Shown here: in pieces, positions 20,492-33,239 of the stretch | How positions within the stretch are numbered: position 1 is the stretch's first letter | Layout: every line of letters starts with the position of its first letter | DNA from: Mayamaea pseudoterrestris | Taxonomy: Eukaryota | Assembly (NCBI GenBank): GCA_027923505.1 | Contig: BROI01000002.1 | Location: 1,550,001-1,614,000, forward strand | Reading direction: 5' to 3' | Length of the DNA stretch: 64,000 nt | Made by a program: the position numbers and the translations under genes | Notes under the pieces: generated by a model | What the model was told of the DNA's origin: nothing | The model's database searches: none | What the model saw: the letters and a program-made list of their open reading frames with translations, nothing else

Positions 20492-22624
20492 ATGTCTACA
20501 ACAACTGCTGCTGCGGCTACTGCTGCTGCAACTAACTTACATGACACTCATGCGTCATCATCGGATCGCCGCGACTCGAGCAGCTCCAAGAATCGCTACG
20601 AAAGCTTCACCGAGGCCGTGCCGCTGGCACTGTCGAGCATGGCGCACGTGAGCGTCTTTTCGCAGAATCGCGGCGTCTTGGACGGACTGTGTCAAATGTT
20701 GCAGCATACCATGTGGCAGTCTGTCAATTATGCGCGCAGTATATACAATGACATGGAGTTTACAGTGAGTGACTTGGAAATGGGGCAGCATGGTTGGATG
20801 CCAATCAAGGAACATGTGACGCATTTGGATTTGCAGATTCCCTTGCCGCTGGCCAAACTAAAGTTTCAGCACTGCTACAGTCGCAACGCACTCATCTACC
20901 TAAAGGAGCCATTCGCTAATGGCGTAACAGTGGAACAAGTGGATGGCAAGGATGTAGAGCAAATTAACAATTGGATGAACCGTTCCAACATTCTCGCTCG
21001 CATTCGCTTGCTGTACGCCACCACCGAACCACTCACAAAGGGTGAAATGGACGGATCCGACCGCGACGAAGACATGCCCACTTGTCTGTTGTACAGGATA
21101 CTGGTGGAGTACAAGACGCTACCCGCCACTGGCAATCCGCAGGCCAAACTTGCCGAGGAGCTATCCATGCTTTCCTTTGGCGGCTCGGTGGACGACGAAT
21201 TAAAGTATGGCGCGCTGGCGAGTTTGTACGACGAGACGGCCAAGTATGTGCTCGAAATATACGGCGTGCGCGGCAAAAAGTACAAGTTTGATCTCATGGA
21301 TGCCACGCTGAGTGACGGAACAGTGCCGAGTTTGCCGGCGAGTCGAAACGGCGACTCCTTTGCCAAGAGTTTGTGTGTGACGGTGACGAACCATGACTTG
21401 TACAAGGAGCTAGATAGTGGCGAAACTGGAGCGACAAATGATGCGGCGACAAACGGCGGGGTTGAGCAAGTAGTCTCGTCCACAAATAGGCCAAAGTTTG
21501 CCATCACTCGCATGAGTCTTCTGCTCGAAGGCAAGCCTCGCAAGGGCAGCGACTTTAGTAGCATTCCAGGTTTTGACGACGTGGTCAATGGAATAGCTGA
21601 ATCATTCCTCTTGCTCAATCCAAAACCGCCTAGCATGGTGACGGCCTTGCCTTCAGGGCATGTTCTGTTGCTGGATCCATCCATGGCTGGACGCATTTAC
21701 GTGAATGGTCGCTACGTGACAACATGGGCAAGTGACGCGCGAATTGGCTCGCACGGCGTTGCTCTCTTTGGAATGGACCTTCATTCCATTCCACTTTGGC
21801 ATGGTCGCATTGTGGACTTTGAAGCGCTCAAGGCGGCATATGCAACCATGTGGTCCGAGATTTTGGTGGATGCGCGCTTGGCCGACCTTAACGTTGCCAC
21901 GAAGCTACTGCATCGATTATTGCTGGGCCGTGATCGTGCTGACGATGAGGAGCTCTATGACGATGACGACGAAAGCATGAAGGACGATCGCGCGGTGCCG
22001 GTAGTTGATGTCAATTGTGACTGTTTGGAGTCGCAAGTGCTGGCGTCTGCGCAGTTTGATCCAGTGGGCATTGCCGCCAAGGCATTGGCCACCAAGTTTG
22101 CGGCGGAATTTGGAAAGGATGCGTTTCCATGTGCGTCACACGAAACAGAGTGGGTGCGCTCGGCTCTGCCCCATCGAAAACCCGTTTCGACACCGAGTCG
22201 CCTCATGAAAATTCTTCGACGTGGCGGATATTTTGACACGCAAACGACTATTGACGAGCTTTGGATGACCCAAGTATGCTCACCCAAAAAGGGTCCGGAG
22301 CAAGATCTTGTCAACGCTGCATTGCAGCTTTTGGAGCAGGCTGGTTGCGCCGATGTTGACTTGGAGCAAATTTGCTTGGCCTCCCTTGCGACGACAGGCG
22401 ACTGTGTGCTTAAGAAGCTGGTCTGCCGGTATAGTGCACAGGAACAAACTTACTTTATTCATGATAAACTGCTTGACATGACTGTGAATGACTACATTGA
22501 CAACGAAAATCAAGCCGCAATGGATCCAGCCAAGGTGAAGGCGTACCTGCTGGGTATGTTTATTGCCAAAGAGCACCCTGACGGCCGAGTGCTTCCTCGA
22601 TATCTGTTACGAGTTTCGTTATAG
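20492..22624 (+). CDS. Hypothetical ~710-aa protein, probable degenerate GHKL/HATPase-like fold
   Basis: Long intronless ORF with segments GVLDGLCQMLQH, FGGSVDDELKYGALASL and LLLDPSMAGRIYVNGRYV...LFGMDL. Confidence 0.7.
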   Translation: MSTTTAAAATAAATNLHDTHASSSDRRDSSSSKNRYESFTEAVPLALSSMAHVSVFSQNRGVLDGLCQMLQHTMWQSVNYARSIYNDMEFTVSDLEMGQHGWMPIKEHVTHLDLQIPLPLAKLKFQHCYSRNALIYLKEPFANGVTVEQVDGKDVEQINNWMNRSNILARIRLLYATTEPLTKGEMDGSDRDEDMPTCLLYRILVEYKTLPATGNPQAKLAEELSMLSFGGSVDDELKYGALASLYDETAKYVLEIYGVRGKKYKFDLMDATLSDGTVPSLPASRNGDSFAKSLCVTVTNHDLYKELDSGETGATNDAATNGGVEQVVSSTNRPKFAITRMSLLLEGKPRKGSDFSSIPGFDDVVNGIAESFLLLNPKPPSMVTALPSGHVLLLDPSMAGRIYVNGRYVTTWASDARIGSHGVALFGMDLHSIPLWHGRIVDFEALKAAYATMWSEILVDARLADLNVATKLLHRLLLGRDRADDEELYDDDDESMKDDRAVPVVDVNCDCLESQVLASAQFDPVGIAAKALATKFAAEFGKDAFPCASHETEWVRSALPHRKPVSTPSRLMKILRRGGYFDTQTTIDELWMTQVCSPKKGPEQDLVNAALQLLEQAGCADVDLEQICLASLATTGDCVLKKLVCRYSAQEQTYFIHDKLLDMTVNDYIDNENQAAMDPAKVKAYLLGMFIAKEHPDGRVLPRYLLRVSL

Positions 22625-22772
22625 CCGACACGGAGACTATCGATGCTCATTATATGCTTGTTGAATGTACAATAACTAATGCTCTATTTAATTTCTAAGT
22701 ACGATATTAACATGTTATGACTTCTTGCCCTTGAGGTTGGCGATGTCGTCCGCTCAATAAACAATGTACACA

Positions 22773-24922
22773 CTATGAGGATCGCGGATCAAAATCGGTG
22801 CACTCGTCCAACGTCTTTCGTTTCACCAGATCAATGTCAATCTGACGAGTTTCGAGAAATTCTGGTCCTTCCAGAGGCCCTTCAGCGTTACGCTCGAGAT
22901 CCTGCCTGCGAATGCCTTGAAAGAAAGTGTGTTCCAGTGCTTGCTCCGCCGTGCAACGTTTCTTGGGGTTAAACTGGAGCATTTGCTTCAAGAGATCCAA
23001 TGCTTGGGTGTCGGCGGCTGGATACATGCTCTCAAGCTCCAATCCCTTGATTTCTCCGAGCGATGCAATGTACTCGTTCGCTTTGCCGACGGCCTCCAGA
23101 TCTTCCTTTGGCGGCGTGCCAATGACTCGAAAGATGACGCTAAGCTGGTCAAGCTTTTCATCCTTGTTCATTACACCGTCTCCAGATAAAGGATAGCACG
23201 TGCCGCCAGGAAAGAGGGGTTGGCGATCTTGATAACCAGCAACGTTGCCTTCCTGCATACTCAAGAGCTCAGCTAAAATGCAACCAATGCTCCAAATATC
23301 CACGGCAGAAGTATATGGCTGAATGAGAATGAGCTCAGGCGCTCGGTACCACCTCGTCACCACATGCTTGGTGAGCTGTCGGGTTAGCCCAGCTAGCGGA
23401 GCAGGGCCAAAGGTGACGGGTGCCTCATTAACCTTCCCGACCGCAGCTTGCGTCGAAGATGTTGACATGGAGGCAATATCCACGATACGTGCGAGACCAA
23501 AGTCGCAAATCTGCAAAGTTATGCGCATGGCCATGAGCCCCATGCTAATCAATCACTCCCCTGAGTTACAGCATTTGCTTGATTTGCTTACCTTTAACGA
23601 ACAATCCTCATTCAGCAAAATATTGGCAGGCTTCAAATCGCGATGAATCACGGAATGCGAGTGAATATACTTTAATCCAGCTAGCATTTGATACAAAAAT
23701 GCTTGAATGTGTTCCGTAGTCAAGTATTGAGGCGACATGATGAGCTTGTACAAATCCGTGTCGACATCTGAAAGTAGACGACAGAAAGCAGGTCAAAATA
23801 AGCCAGACGCAACACATTAAAACAGTACTATACACATATGTGCATAAACTTACATTCAAACACCATGTACAAATCTTGAACATCTTCATCACCATCTTTG
23901 TGATTCGTTGGCGCTTGCGGTTGAATAATGCCAAGCAACTGGATGATTGACTCGTGGTTTCGCATGCGCTTCAAAATATGAATCTCCCGATACAGGCGCA
24001 CGGCATCCACCGGTTGATCAAACGGATGAGTGACGCGCTTTATTGCCACGGCTCGGTTGCTGGCTTGCTTATCCAGTGCCTGGGCCACTTCGCCGTAGGA
24101 GCCGCGGCCAAGCATGCGCACCAATTCGTAGCGGTCGCCAACGTTCCAGTCGGAGAATTCGTCGTGCGCCAAGTGACTTGATGGAGTAGCATTTGCTGTT
24201 GTAGTGTTGGATGCTCGCCACGTGGCGGCAGCAGCTGCTGGCGGTTGGCGTCGGGGCAGCGCCGGAGTGGCTGGCCCTTCATCATTGGGCAAGTGAGCGT
24301 GCGGCAGCTCGTCGCGTCGGTGCAACTGCTGCTCCAAGTGAAAGGCATTGGCCACGGCATTGTCCATGGTAGGTATTCTATCCTGGGAAAAGTCATTGTA
24401 GTCGTCCCAGTAGCGAAACGCAGTGGAGACAGATTTTCCTTGAGTAGCAGGCGTTGAAGGAGGCGCTGGGGGTAAGCAATGCCTTTGAGGTATTGGACTC
24501 AGTGGCTCCAATCGCTGATTTCGACCATTCGAACCAAAAGACGCGGCGGAGCTTATATCCGAATTGACGGAACTAGAGCTGGCTGTCCGATGTACCGAAG
24601 CAGGAGGAAGCTTTTGCGTATCATCACCTTGTTCCTCGGATGCAATGGTAGGAGTCGTTGATTCTTGCGCTGTCGTTAAAGTTGACTCAATTCGTTTCCG
24701 TTTTGCAGGCGGCGAATCACTTAAACGACGCGAAGGCGAGGAATACTGCTGTTTTGTTTCCGTAGCATTTATTGGTTCTGTCTCTGATGCTCCTTCCAAT
24801 TGAAGAGGATCATGTGCTGCTGCTACTGGTACATCAAGAGGAGAAACATCTGACTCTGCTTGCTGCGAATTAGCTCTTTTCGTCCCTCGCTCGCGAATTA
24901 TTGACCTTGACTCTTCCTCCAT
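22773..24922 (-). CDS. Atypical MAP kinase (TxH activation loop) with long disordered N-terminus
   Basis: Exons 24922-23854, 23767-23592 and 23510-22773. Motifs [33 protein letters not shown] and [14 protein letters not shown]. Confidence 0.93.
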
Positions 24923-26459
24923 GGCTCAATAATCGGACTTATAAATTGTCAATGTGACTGGCGATGAGCGAGTTGCAATGAAGAAAATGGAACAAAAGCT
25001 CGCGGATCGCTTTAACTTCAGCTGCCTGCGATTTTGTTCAGCTTTTATAATGCAATATATCGTAAGCTTCAGTTGAAGTACTAAAACTGCTAGCAGATAC
25101 GCAATTGCTTGTAGATGAAAGGAATATCTCTCCCGATAGACGTAGGATCAACCAAAGTGAAACAAGATCTTGCCACAAGATCCTCTTGCGGTTTTCATCC
25201 ATCGGTTGACGTCCGCACGACGGTGATGACGTCATACATAAATGGTTACCTACGGCAAGTTGCGGGGGCAAACTTGTATGCAGCGCATAAGCTGAATGGA
25301 GCGACGAACAAGAAATAGAGATAGAATAGCAAGCTTCTATAATTGTCAATGAATAGTATACTCTGGAGGATATGAGGTTGGCCTGGGACAGTGACACCAG
25401 TTGCATGGCTGGCTCCTTACTTGACATTTGGCAAGGATTGGATTGTAAGACATAGAACGCAACCAGGATGCATCAAATCTAGTCAGACCATCCACATTTG
25501 GATTGCCATATTCTACATAGCTATCGTTATCACTATTACTGCATCATGCATGCAACTAGCTTGGCATGACTCAGATAGCTAGCTTCACGTAGAGATGACC
25601 ATCGCTGTGCACCGAGTTTCGTGTCGCATCGGCTCTAAACGACTCGAATTTGGCATGATCGTCCTTCTGTGGGATCAAACTCGGTCCAGAATAACGATAC
25701 AGTGAATCTGAGCATACCATCGTCTACGTTAAATATCCAAGAATGGAATGGTGCAAAATGTATACTTAACTTTTAAATTTGGTCATGCTGGGACGATTCT
25801 TGCAAACTCACTCAATTCGTCTCGATAGAAACGCTACAACAACTTTAACCACAGCAGTAATACCAGGCTATTGACTCGTCCATTGTATCAAGTATATATT
25901 AAATGGTATATTGCGCCTGTTTCAGCCAAAAGCATGCATTTTAAGGTCATCGCGTCGACGATTGAAGATGTTAGCAGTTTGCACCTCGTTCAAACAAAGG
26001 CGACTCGCTCACTCAATTTTGGTCCCGCGGCAAATTTTCCAACGGAATCATAATCCCTGCTTTCTTGTGGTTCTCATGACATCTTGCTGGTTGCAATGCA
26101 ACGCCTCCTTGGTCCCGCAATTCGACCGTAAAAATGGCGATGCCATGAAAATCGATCAAAAAACCCGGAGACCAAGGAACCGCGCTTTTTAGCATGGGAT
26201 GCGGCACGACCCAGTTCAATCCAGTCCCGTGATCACCCGCTCGCGCGGGTTAGAGGAAGAGCGGGGGTTCCCCCCGCAATCAAGTTCGTGTCGGCGTCTG
26301 TGCTTCCATGATGAACCGGTACGACATGCTAACGGAAAGGCGCATTGGCGATTGCATTCTCCGTCACGTCTCCTTCATTATTTATTTTCCATCCATTGCC
26401 GAGCTCTCAAATTCTTGAACCCTTCGTATAGCTTCATTCCCTCACTACTCTCTGCAACC

Positions 26460-27644
26460 ATGACTAACCCTGCTGTCGATATTCGCGACTACACTGGAGG
26501 AAACACTCTTCTACCCAACGAACCGTACTGTCAAAAGTGCGACAAAACCTTGGACGACGAAGGATCGGCTCTCATGTGCGTCAAGTGCCACTTGGTTCGC
26601 TACTGCAACAAGGACTGTCAAAAGAAGAATGCTACCAAGCATAACAAATTCTGCAAGCTTATCAAGAATTTAAATGCCAAGTTGGACATTGAGGAATACA
26701 AGTTGCGCAACTTTCAGGACGACTGGGGTGGTGCTGGTGACGACGACACCGAAGACTACAAGGAAACCATGGTGGGCGACTTTTGGCTCGTGGACGAAAC
26801 GCGAGACTACATGCGAGCAAGATGCGAAATTGTGAATGCGTGCCAAAACTTTCTCAAGGTCAATGGCAAGGAGAACAAGCTCGTTCTGACCATGGCCTTG
26901 GATCATTCCATGGGCATGCTGCGGCTTTGCCGGGGCGACAATTTGGGTACTCGATACAATGTGCCCCTCTTGTTGCTTCGTCTCAACCGCAACGATCACG
27001 CCTACTCGTTTTGTCGATTTTGGATCAAGGACCAGCTGGGGTTGAATGGCGTTAAAAAGCCTGAAAAAGAAAAACCTAGTGTGGAAGGCGACGACAAGTC
27101 TGAAGATGAGGCTAATGAAGAGTTACTCGATTATGATAATGATGACGACAACGACGAATGCTCAGAAGCCAGTGAACCGATTCCACCGGAGGGCGTCTGA
27201 CCATATCCATTTGAAGAAAATAGTCAGTTCAATGACATTTTTGAAGAGTTGGGACTGGATGAAAAAACTTTGAAGGGTGGCGGTCTGCCGTTCTTGTTGT
27301 CCATGCTCATTCTCAAGGCTCGCATCGTCGCGGCTTTGCAAGGGCAAGAGATGCGCGAAGGCCAGGCGTTCCAAAAGCAGGAAATGTTGCTAACGCAAAC
27401 GAAGATTCGGGATTCGCTGATGAACGTTGTCGATAAGGCCAATCCAAGCATATTGCCAGCCTTGCTGTACCCCGACCCGTTGATGAAAGCTTACTCGGTG
27501 CTTAGCTTTTGGTCGACTGGCGAGCCAAGCGAAGCTGCCATGGTGCTCAAGGAGTCCCTTGCTGTTTGGCAAGCTATTCCAGGGACAAGAAAGTTGCTGA
27601 TTGAGCGATTCGGGAGCGAAACACCGGCATATCCGTGCAAGTGA
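26460..27644 (+). pseudogene. MYND zinc-finger protein interrupted by an in-frame TGA at 27198-27200
   Basis: CQKC...CVKC....YCNKDCQKK....H.KFC, then FW...ETRDYMRAR...LRLCRGDNLG.R..VP.LLLRL.R.D.AYSF.RFW. The same frame continues past the stop to 27644. Confidence 0.8.
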
Positions 27645-28254
27645 CGCCATTGAGAATGTTAAATTAAACAAAATCATCATATATAATCAAATGAACGACT
27701 ATGTTTCACGAAACGAGGTTGCTGGAGTGTATATTGTGCTGACAGGATCTGAGAAGTGCGATTATCTAGTAGGACAAGCGACCTACGCGACGCTGGCAGC
27801 GTCTATACAAATGTTTGGATGAAAGCGGCGGGGTAGCTGTAAAACTAGCGGAAACATAGAAACATGCCTTGCAGCAGTTGTATCGCCAGTGACCATGGCG
27901 CACCTTGGCGAGGGGATATGGATCGGAAACGGATAGCGATGGATTCGAGCACTCGCACACAGGCCTAACAGCAATCAAACCGCAGTAGAAAGTAGCTTCG
28001 ACTTACAGTTAGACTATATTGTCATGGCTAACGGCACTACACTCAGTAAAATAGTGTTGTAATACTAGAATTGTTTAGAGTAGGTTAAGGTATTGCAAGT
28101 CGTCCAGATGGTCACACACATTCCCAAAAGTAAAGAGGCGAAAGAGTGTGTAATTTTTGTGAAGTTTCTATAAATAAAGGATGAAAGGGAATGTAGGCCA
28201 GCTGGAACAACCGAATGGTAGATAACCGAAATCTTCAGTCGATTCGGAATGAGC

Positions 28255-29428
28255 TTACTCGCATGCGGCAACCGCTGGTTCGGTGGAAGCGGCATCATCG
28301 ATTGTAGGGTAAAAGACTTGCGGCGACAAGGGCGAAAATGTAACACGTCTCTTGCTTGCAAGCATGGGCAAGTCCGGTGACACCAAGCGGAGCGGCGCAA
28401 GGGGCGAAAGCTCGGGCGACGAGCAACGTAGGCGCTTCTCCGCAGGTATCTCGTCAATTGTTTCGCGACTGTCCAAACTATCAAACGAGCGCTTGCGTGT
28501 AACCGTCAGAGCAGCCTCAATCGTAGCAGCAAGGTTGCTGTGAACAATACTTGATGCAGCTTGTCCAAGAGCGTTGAGTCGGGTATTGCGTCGGACAGCG
28601 TCAAGCATGTCCGGAGATGCAGGCGTCTGGTCCAATTCCTTGAGCTCAAAGGAAAACGACTTGAGAATGAAACAGGGCGCTCCTGGTCCTCCAAATCGCA
28701 CCATAGCTCCTCGTCGCACCTTGTGAGGAATGGAGATACCATCAATTGACGGCGATGAGACGCGCCTGCCATTCAGAAAAGTTCCATGCGCACTTCCGCA
28801 GTCAACAATGTAGCAGGAACCATTCTCATGATGAAAGATCATGGCGTGACGACGGGAGGAAGTCGCATGAAAGAGCTGAACATCAGCGTTGGGAGATCGA
28901 CCGATGCGGATGCAAGCTTGTCGTGTCAAGTCAACGGATGTCTGTCGGCCAGTTGCTTCGCAGACGGGCTGAAATTAAAGATGATAAAAGGTGAGAAAAG
29001 GCATTCCAGTAAGGTATACTCATCTCGCTGCGTCGTGAACGACCCATCAAGCCTAACAATCAAAAACGACTCACCTCAAGTCGTGTCTCTCCCTTTGCCG
29101 GCACGGCCCACTTGGGAGGGTCCAACACGACGGGACCAACCGCAGTATCATCCGTCACAATGGTTCCATTGTCAATACTCAATTTCATTGATGGAACCAT
29201 CATGGCGGTTTCCCCGTCGTTGCCGAATTGTGGTTCCAACCTTTCGCTTGTCGTAGGCGTTGGGCCGTTGGTCGTCGCGAAACACGACGGACCGCGGACA
29301 GACGACAGGCGCCGTCCGAGCGACCAGCGCGCACCTTCGTCGCTTTCGACAATGTTAAGCTCATGGCGGGGAATGCTGCCGCAGAGACGAATGTTGATTG
29401 GTTTCAAACCAAGAGATCCGTTTACCAT
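28255..29428 (-). CDS. FHA-domain protein (NIPP1/kanadaptin-like)
   Basis: Exons 29428-29075 and 28968-28255. PPKWAVP, then FHA motifs IGRS, SRRHA, D.GSAHGTFLNG, and an RVTF PP1-docking-like motif near the C-terminus. Confidence 0.88.
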
Positions 29429-30597
29429 GATTGAAATATAGTGATAAAATTTGGGTTCGGTTGATGGCACGGCACGGCTTCCTAAACGTTCCAGTAAGAC
29501 GCGTGCAAGGTTTTACAGGTGATTAGGAGTCAATCCAAAGTTATGGGGCGAAACCCAAACAAAGATGTAGACGACTGCAGCAAGAGAAGAAGCAAGACGA
29601 AACATAAACGAGTGAGAGCATGGTCGTGTGTATCGTCCACGGCACGCGAGAGAAAGCAGATGCCTTGCCGCATCGCGCAACCCATGCACATGGTGCCAGC
29701 CAAGCTACAAAACTCGCAACCAGGTGCAGTGATATTTCTGTGCGTACACTTTCAAGCACAGTGGTGTCAACTCCACGTCAGATGGCGCGCCGGCTCGGCC
29801 ATTCTCGTGACTCCTCTCGCAACTCCGATGCCGTAAACAACGAGCAACTCCAATGCAGCAGCAGTCGACTTACCTCGTTTGTTTGTTTCACTTGTCTTGT
29901 TCTTATTGCATTCTTTGTTGGACTCGGTGAATGAGGTTGGTTGGATGAAAATAAAATGTGCAGACTCGTTGTGATCAATCCGAAGGCTTTTTGGCAAGGA
30001 CGGAGCGGAGGCACGCGATTTTATGCAGTGGTCGAGGAAACGGAGGAGCGCGAAAATGTGACGAACGCGACCTCTCATGCAGGAAACGCTAGGAAGTAGC
30101 GTTCTGTATGGAATCTATACACTTTAAGCTACTCTCTAGCGCATCATTGATATTTGTTGAGCGGTGGGTCACCACCGGCTGGCAAGCAGGTGTCACTCAA
30201 ATGACTATTGCCCAGTACCGGTGCGACGTCTAGCTCTTGCGGCAAAAGTCGCGAACGCCAAAATCGTTCCATCATCCTGACGCTTGGAACTTGTTTGGCG
30301 ACTTGGCCTGTAACGACTTTTTTGTTCACGACTCTTGCCGTTCTTACCTGTATCGCTAAAATCGACTTGTGCGTCGTGTGACAATACCGCTTTGTCTTTC
30401 GCTCTGCTTGTGCGTCTTGAAACTACATTCTGACAGCCAGCAAACAAGGTTCTATTCCGTGAACGAATCTCCGCCTTTTTGTCGCAGAATCATTTTCACA
30501 TAACATCTTGCTCAATCTACATACCTGGTTTGATCTCTGAGAATTGCTGGTATCTGAAGTCTACTACTCCACCTTAACTCATTTTTTGCATCATTCA

Positions 30598-32253
30598 ATG
30601 TCTTCATTCGACAACGACGAGTCCGACTCCGCTCCAGCCTCCTCGCTACTGACATGCTCATTCAATCAAGACGGCGGCTGCCTCGCCATTGGAACCACAA
30701 ACGGATTCACCGTCTACAATCTACATCCCTCATTTGGCATTGGCGTCAAACGCGAGCTCGGCGGCGGCATTGGATTGGTGGAAATGCTCTTTCGGTGCAA
30801 CCTCATGGCGCTGGTGGGCGGCGGACCCACGCCGCAGGCGCCACCGCACCGCGTCTTGGTGTGGGACGATCACTTGGCCAAGTCGATTGGCGAATTAAGC
30901 TTTCGACAAGTGGTACTATGTGTCAGGTTGCGCAAGGATGCCATTGCCGTGGCGCTGCGTGATCGAGTCTACGTGTATCACTTGGCCGACTTGAGCTTGC
31001 GCGACAAGATTTATACGGCGGATAATCCGCATGGACTGTTGTGTCTATCGACGCAGATTCAAGACATGGTACTGGCGTGTCCGTCGGTGACGACGGGGCA
31101 TGTGCGAGTGGAACTGTATGGATTGCGCAAGACTGTGGTACGTGCGGCAGCGTGTCTTGGTGCTCGTGCACTTTTTGTTTCATCTATCATCCATCGAGCA
31201 GCCTAGTCTTACAGATTATACATTTTTTTTTATTAGTTAATGGAAGCACACGAAAGTTCGCTTCGCGCTCTCTCCTTGACGGCGGACGGCACCAAGCTTG
31301 CGACGGCGTCCAACAAGGGAACGCTGGTTCGGGTGTGGGACGTTGCGACAGCGACTTGTCTGCAGGAATTTCGTCGTGGAGTGGAGCGAGCATCAATCAC
31401 TTGTTTGGCGTGGAGCTGGGACGCCCACTGGCTGGCCTGTAGTAGTGACAAGGGGACGACGCATATATTTTGCGTCAAGTCGGAAGAAGAAAATGATCGG
31501 AATGCTACAACAGCAGCTGCATCAACCAGTCAGAGTCAACAATCAACATCATATACGCAAATGTTTCTTGCCGGCGTTCGTAAATCAATGGAGGGCGATT
31601 CGAAAAAGAGTAGCTACCAAGTGCGCGGCCTGCCGCATCCGCAAGCATGTGCCTTTGTATCGGAAGCGAGCAACATTTTGGCAGTGGCTGGTTGGGACGC
31701 TGACGGAAACGGAGTATTAATGATGGTGGAGTTTCACGCGGATGCAGTGGCGAATGCGAATAATGGATATGCAAGCGGCATGTCGTCGAGTCATGATTCC
31801 GAGCCACGACGGATTGGTTACCATGTCTTGTGTCGATCAAATATAACGCGGCACGAGTCGGAGGAAGCGCGACGTCGGAGACGATTGCGCGGATGGACAC
31901 CAGAGATTCCGGAAACACCGGAAGGCGGGCGATTATACGTTGGTGAGCGTCTAGAAGTGTTGGAGCGAGGTATGGAGACGATACATTTTGAAGAAACGGA
32001 CGAGTTTGTGTCCGTCACGGCGGTTTATCCAGTAGCTGCTTCAATAGAGGACCCATCGTCTGATGCGGCACAACAACAATCGGACTCGAACACTACGCCA
32101 AACGATAACGACGACACTAATAGCAAGACGTTGAGTCCTGGACGCCTGACAGAATCAGTGGCAAGCGTTCCGAGCCCTACATCGATTCGGACCGAGTCGT
32201 TGGAAGATGAACCAGACAATGAAGATGGTGACGAACAACAGGATTCAATTTAA
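30598..32253 (+). CDS. ATG18: Autophagy PROPPIN, ATG18/WIPI3-4-like WD40 protein
   Basis: Exons 30598-31137 and 31237-32253. Motifs FNQD..C, EMLFRCN.MALVGG, AH.S.L...L..DGTKLATAS.KGTLVR, EFRRG and SSDKGTTHIF. Confidence 0.93.
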
Positions 32254-32331
32254 TCTCTTGCTTTTATTTTGCAATGTTCTTTTTGCTGTGACAGTAATCG
32301 CTACTAGCTAGCTGTGCATTTTGATTGTCTG

Positions 32332-33143
32332 TTACGTTATTCGAGCCGTCTCGCCGACAAGTGTATCAAACTCCTTGTCATAGTTTCCGCTATCGGTTGG
32401 CGGTAGTTCCACCAAGTCGAGATAGGTATCAAGAATCTCAAGCGCTGCCAAGTATACTTGTTGCACCTGCTTGTCATTTTGTCGCTTCTTCTTGACAAGC
32501 TTTTCCATTTCATCCATTTCCTTGAAGAATGCCTTTGCCGCTTTGACCGTCGGCAGTCGATCGGGCGGCTTCTGCTGATCCGTTCGAAAGGCATTACCAA
32601 GTAAGTACATGCTAGCCTTCATATCGTTGTATCGACTATCGCGCACTTCCTTGCCGCGACAGTCGCCATCCTTTTTCGTACATTGACCATTCACATCCTT
32701 TCGCTTGGCGGCAACAACAATGGCGCCCTGCGGATCGAAAAACTGCTGAATGGAAGTTGCCGTCATGTCAGCCTGGACGACGTCCGGTCCCATGGCGAGA
32801 AACTCGTGGACTCCCTCCTGCACGCGGCCGTAGTAGCGGCGCTTGGCAATCGGGATGGTACTGCAACAGTAGAAGCGAAAATGTGAGTCACGCCGCCGTT
32901 TCATGCTGTTAGTGTCCTGTCGCACGCCAAACGCTATACATACGTGTATCTTCCCGCAGTCGCTCCTCCACTGGCGGAGGCCATTTCGGATCCGCCAAAG
33001 AGGAGACTTCCACCGGCGGCGGCCAGCAGTAAGTTACGCAGCAAGTCCTGGCGCGTCTGCGTATGATGCTGCAGCGGTTGCGGCGGTTGGTACGCGTCGG
33101 CCGCGGCACAACATAGCATCAGTAACGTACAAGCTCGCAACAT
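32332..33143 (-). CDS. Plastid, probably thylakoid-lumen, protein (PsbQ-like helical type, tentative)
   Basis: Exons 33143-32944 and 32860-32332. Signal peptide ending ADA-Y, a second hydrophobic leader ending ASA, and a mature N-terminus SGGATAGRYTTIPIAKRRYYGRVQ. Confidence 0.75.
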
Positions 33144-33239
33144 GGTGATGATGACTGATTGTTACTACAGTATACAGTATGAATGGAGCGATCTTTGGTT
33201 GTTTGCATCAACCATCGAAATCGAATGCCCGAAGCGTGA

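Noticed and set aside
25000..26200. Short ORFs in the gene-free stretch upstream of the MAPK
   Set aside because: No coherent reading frame or domain. It may be decayed sequence, but I cannot support a call.
27770..27990. Coding-like fragment with internal stops downstream of MYND
   Set aside because: Too short and unrecognisable to call a pseudogene.
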